Source: Candidatus Parvarchaeota archaeon | Lineage (GTDB): Archaea > Nanobdellota > Nanobdellia > Parvarchaeales > Parvarchaeaceae | Length of the DNA: 37,736 nucleotides | Assembly (NCBI GenBank): GCA_023380615.1 | Contig: JAMCRO010000009.1 | Span: forward strand, 1-37,736 | Direction of reading: 5' to 3' | In this document: piece by piece, positions 34,423 through 37,736 of the stretch | Position numbering within the stretch: position 1 is the first letter of the stretch | How the letters are laid out: the number at the start of each line of letters is the position of its first letter | Notes under the pieces: generated by a model | Seen by the model: only the letters and a program-made list of their open reading frames with translations | Databases searched by the model: none | Told to the model about the DNA's origin: nothing | Translations under genes and position numbers: made by a program

Positions 34423-34941
34423 ATGGAAAAGCCTTTGACAATGAAAAAGCTTGAAGCTCTGCTTTCTAATTCACAGATAAAGGCGCAGTTTTTCAACTTA
34501 GGCTACGGTGTTTTCAGGGCCTATTCAAAGGCCTACAAAGAATACGGAAACTTCTATGACCCAAGTGATCCAAGCGGCAAAAGATACAATGACTTTAAGG
34601 AAGCAGATGAAGACGTAAGGTACATCAACAATAAGAACGGAGGGAAAGCGCTGCTTAGATACTGGTTTGAGACCAACAAGGATTATGTAGACAGGAAACT
34701 TTTGGGAAGGTTCTACAACAGGGTTAAGTATCTTGAAGGAATGCTGGTTGACAACAAGCTACTGCAGGAGTTTGTCTACAGTGAATTGGTTGTTGAATTC
34801 CTTGCAAACCTATCGTCAGAAGAAAGCTTCAAGAATTACAGCTTTAAGGATTTTAATGATGGAAGGGAAAGAATTCTACCGGCATACATAGAAGCGTTGG
34901 AATCAGTATACAAGCTTTATATACAGAAGTCTTTGAACTGA
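34423..34941 (+). CDS. Hypothetical protein, paralog of 33894..34421
   Basis: ATG 34423 lies 1 nt after the upstream stop and gives a collinear N-terminus. Confidence 0.8.
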   Translation: MEKPLTMKKLEALLSNSQIKAQFFNLGYGVFRAYSKAYKEYGNFYDPSDPSGKRYNDFKEADEDVRYINNKNGGKALLRYWFETNKDYVDRKLLGRFYNRVKYLEGMLVDNKLLQEFVYSELVVEFLANLSSEESFKNYSFKDFNDGRERILPAYIEALESVYKLYIQKSLN

Positions 34942-36828
34942 TTACTTAAGACGCAGAGCATCCAATACATGCGGTGCATGCGTCTCTACCCTGAATCTCT
35001 TTCTTATATAACTGGAAAGCTCCAGTATCTTTCCTTCTTCACCGTGCCCTATTATTATTTTCCTTGGTCTTGGCCTTATGTCGTTTACAAATCTTTCCAG
35101 CTGCTTTCTATCAGAGTGGCCGGAAAATCCTTCTATTGAATACACCAATGCACTTACGGAGAAATGTCTCAGTTTTCCATTAAGCTCGATGTCAACTTCT
35201 CTTCCACCGTTCTGTATAGTTCTTCCGAGCGTCCCAACTCCCTGATAAGAAACAAGAACTACTGCATTCTTCGGATCTTCGCACAAGTTTGCAAAGTAGC
35301 TTACTGCAGGTCCGCCGTTTAACATTCCGGAGGTTGCAAGTATGATTGCGGGCCCCCCTGCAAGAACCTGCTGCCTTTCTTCCTCGCTGACAGTGTGCTT
35401 GAATATCGGTGACAAGAATGGGTTGTTGTGCGCTATTATCCTGTTTCTCGTTTCGCTGTTCATGAACTCGGGGTAAACAGTGTAAATTGCAGTTACATCC
35501 CAGAGCATTCCATCTACTATTACAGTAGCTTCAGGCAAAAGTCCGTAGCGCTGCCATTCTTCTATGAGAAGCATTAATTCCTGTGCCCTTCCAACTCCAA
35601 GTACTGGCACCAGCACTTTGCCGTTGTTTGCTATGGTTTTGCTTATTATATCAAGGAAGAACTGTTCTGTTTCGGTTCTGGACGGCTGTGTGTCCGAATC
35701 CCCGCCGTAAGTGCTTTCCATTATGAGCGTTTCCACCCTTTCAAACTGCGTTTCTGCCCTGTTCAGCGTCTTTGAATTGTCATACTTAAAATCTCCAGTA
35801 TAAAGTACATTATAAAAGCCGTTCCCTATGTTCAAATGAATCATCGCAGATCCAAGAATGTGACCGGCATTGTGCAGCGTTATTCTTATATCCGGAGTAA
35901 TATCCGTAACTTCATGGAAAGGCAGCGTTATTGAGTGTTTAAGCATATTTTTTACGTCGTCAACATCAAACAGCAGTTTAGAGTTTGTCCTGCTTGCCAG
36001 GTTTATATAATCCAAATGAAGCAAGGTCATAACATCCCTTGTTGGAGCGGTTGAATACACCGGGCCTTTGTAACCGTATTTGTAAAGTGCGGGAAGGAAA
36101 CCGCAGTGGTCTAAATGACTGTGCGTTATCACTACTGCTGCTAATTTTGAGATGTCAAACTCTGGAGCATCTACTCTTGGAACAGGTTCTTTAGGATTGC
36201 TTACATCGACTCCCGCATCTAAAAGGACGGAACTTATTGGCGTTTGCACCAATACGGCAGACCTTCCAACGTGTCTGAATGCACCCAGAGCGCTTATTCT
36301 TACCCAATACTTGTCGTCAACCTCGAATTTGGAGTTGTATATGCTTTCTCCGATTTCATTAAGCATTTTTCTCCTGAATTTTGAATTGTCATAAAGCATT
36401 TCTCTTATGGCCGTTACTATGTCGGATTTTATGAGCGGAGAACGTGCAAGTATGACCGACCAGCCGGTTTCTTCCTTTATTTTGTTTATACCTGCTTTTC
36501 TGTCTCCCGATAGAATTTCCGGCCTTTCAGCCTCTATAGTTACAATGCTTCTAGGCTCGTCAAACCAGAAATCGGTTATATGTGCCTCTCCGAAATCCAT
36601 CTTTCTTATCTTCTCTTCAGCTTCTTTTTCATTTAGAAGAAGAGAGGGATCAAGTCTTACTTCCACTCTTTTCTTTTCCTTGCTTACAAGGTTCCTTATG
36701 ATTTCCGTATTGTCAAGAAAGAAGTTCCTGTTCTTTGTGTATATAACTATGTTTGAAACCTCAAAGTTTATGTCTTCTATAAGGGACTTGTCAGCTATAA
36801 ATTCCGTTATTTCCTTTTTTATGTCCAT
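34942..36828 (-). CDS. fttA: aCPSF1/FttA beta-CASP ribonuclease with N-terminal KH domains (transcription termination factor)
   Basis: KH-like N-terminus, 'LGAFRHVGRS', 'THSHLDHCG', 'NAGHILGS', 'YTGDFK', 'MESTYG', 'GRAQE', 'TSGMLNGG', 'GFSGHSD', 'HGE'; conserved position after psmB. Confidence 0.95.
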   Translation of the reverse strand: MDIKKEITEFIADKSLIEDINFEVSNIVIYTKNRNFFLDNTEIIRNLVSKEKKRVEVRLDPSLLLNEKEAEEKIRKMDFGEAHITDFWFDEPRSIVTIEAERPEILSGDRKAGINKIKEETGWSVILARSPLIKSDIVTAIREMLYDNSKFRRKMLNEIGESIYNSKFEVDDKYWVRISALGAFRHVGRSAVLVQTPISSVLLDAGVDVSNPKEPVPRVDAPEFDISKLAAVVITHSHLDHCGFLPALYKYGYKGPVYSTAPTRDVMTLLHLDYINLASRTNSKLLFDVDDVKNMLKHSITLPFHEVTDITPDIRITLHNAGHILGSAMIHLNIGNGFYNVLYTGDFKYDNSKTLNRAETQFERVETLIMESTYGGDSDTQPSRTETEQFFLDIISKTIANNGKVLVPVLGVGRAQELMLLIEEWQRYGLLPEATVIVDGMLWDVTAIYTVYPEFMNSETRNRIIAHNNPFLSPIFKHTVSEEERQQVLAGGPAIILATSGMLNGGPAVSYFANLCEDPKNAVVLVSYQGVGTLGRTIQNGGREVDIELNGKLRHFSVSALVYSIEGFSGHSDRKQLERFVNDIRPRPRKIIIGHGEEGKILELSSYIRKRFRVETHAPHVLDALRLK

Positions 36829-36907
36829 AATTTAATTCAAAGTATTTACCATAAGCTAAAATTCCAATAATCAGTTTATCCCATGAGATAAGTGAAAAAA
36901 GATGCAC

Positions 36908-37528
36908 TTACTTGCTTACTACCTTTTGTATTTCTTCGTCTGAAAGTTTCTTGTAGCCTTTCTTGTTCATTATTGCTATGTCTATTCCTTCCCCGGTATA
37001 AACATCTCTCCTTATCGAAGAAGATATTGCCTTGTATGCCAGTTTGATTCCCTCTTCCTCTGTCATGTTCTCTTTGTAATCTCCTTCAAGTACGCCGAGA
37101 GCGAATACTCCGCCACTGCCGGTCACGGTGAATTTGTCCTTTCCCTGTCCACCGGCTTCATCTATGGAGAAAAGCTTTGGTTCGCTGTCGTATCCTCCGA
37201 TTATAAACTCACCATAAATTAAATTCAATGAAAGTCTCTTGTTGAAAAGTATTGCACTCAGTAAGCTTACAGCTCCGTCAGTATCTAATTTTGAACCGGA
37301 CCTTATTTCATAAAGAGTAAGCTCTGATCTCATCAGTCTTACCATGGCCTGTAAATCGGCAACCATCCCTGCAGTGGTTATGCCTATCTTGTCACTTATT
37401 GCCATGACTTTTTCTGCGTTCTTGTTAGCGACTATGTGATCTGCGGTTGCTCTCCTGTCTGCTGCCAAGATTACTCCGTCCTTGTACACTAATCCCAATG
37501 TCGTTGTTCCTGTTTTTACTATGCTCAT
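36908..37528 (-). CDS. psmB: Proteasome beta subunit
   Basis: Short propeptide MSIVKTG then catalytic TTT, 'AADRRAT', 'AGMVADLQ', 'TGSG', 'RDVYTGEG'. Confidence 0.96.
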   Translation of the reverse strand: MSIVKTGTTTLGLVYKDGVILAADRRATADHIVANKNAEKVMAISDKIGITTAGMVADLQAMVRLMRSELTLYEIRSGSKLDTDGAVSLLSAILFNKRLSLNLIYGEFIIGGYDSEPKLFSIDEAGGQGKDKFTVTGSGGVFALGVLEGDYKENMTEEEGIKLAYKAISSSIRRDVYTGEGIDIAIMNKKGYKKLSDEEIQKVVSK

Positions 37529-37622
37529 ATAAGAATCTTAGTATTTTATTTACATTTCCTAATGACTTTGTTAGTATTTAAACTTTTCTTAATTTTTCTT
37601 AAACAGTTAATTTTATATATGC

Positions 37623-37658
37623 GTATTAGGCTAAGTATTAAACTAAGTATGACCAATA
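37623..37658 (+). promoter_or_regulatory. 12-bp-period tandem repeats, putative RHH operator
   Basis: GTATTAGGCTAA-GTATTAAACTAA-GTATGACCAATA; exact CTAAGTAT at 37631 and 37643; lies between a TATA-like TTTATATA (about 37612-37619) and ATG 37666. Confidence 0.5.
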
Positions 37659-37665
37659 TAATAAT

Positions 37666-37736
37666 ATGAAAGCAAGAACCTCTTTTACGATTGATGCGGA
37701 TGTTGTTGCAAAACTGGATTCTTTAGTCGATAACAT
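37666..37736 (+). CDS. Ribbon-helix-helix (CopG/NikR-like) protein, 5' part only
   Basis: Hand translation MKARTSFTIDADVVAKLDSLVDN... gives the RHH beta strand plus helix A; truncated by the window end. Confidence 0.7.
   Translation, partial: MKARTSFTIDADVVAKLDSLVDN

Noticed and set aside
1248-37544. 10-mer ATCTTAGTAT/ATACTAAGAT upstream of uxs (1248), xpd (10871) and psmB (37535)
   Set aside because: AT-rich, found post hoc, with inconsistent orientation and unrelated gene functions; plausibly chance.
1-37736. CRISPR array, rRNA, IS elements, tRNA introns
   Set aside because: No regularly spaced repeats, rRNA-like tracts or transposase motifs were seen, and all three tRNAs fold without insertions.

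Overview
This is a very compact, AT-rich archaeal chromosomal segment. Gene content and style point to a DPANN archaeon, and the short overlapping genes, mostly leaderless starts with TATA boxes about 25 nt upstream, Methanococcus-type S-layer protein, aEF-2 and psmB-aCPSF1 pair resemble Parvarchaeota/ARMAN (taxonomy is inference). From left to right: a nucleotide-sugar/glycosylation cluster (GT4 fragment, GT2, uxs-ugd-galU, Thr-type sulfatase-like enzyme, GT4); tRNA-Ser(CGA); hypotheticals; MazG-like pyrophosphatase; HerA/DUF87 ATPase; a surface protein whose ectodomain is bracketed by an exact in-frame 19-bp direct repeat; XPD helicase; Trbp111-like protein; tRNA-Gly(CCC) with a non-canonical elbow; a folE + DHFR-like pair; the S-layer gene with a structured leader and hairpin terminator; truD; a second envelope-glycan cluster (processive GT2, GT-C, Dol-P-sugar synthase-GtrA); an orphan RelE-like toxin; HIT; DUF4382; EF-2 with an anomalous G5 segment; DUF218; an unannotated 15-aa basic micropeptide transcription unit; tRNA-Leu(CAG); a membrane-domain/pilin chimera; bPH protein; Dph6-family ATPase; NMP kinase; a tandem paralog pair; aCPSF1; psmB; and the start of an RHH protein. 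No CRISPR array, rRNA, transposase or integrase was seen. All calls are from motif recognition by eye; no searches were run.
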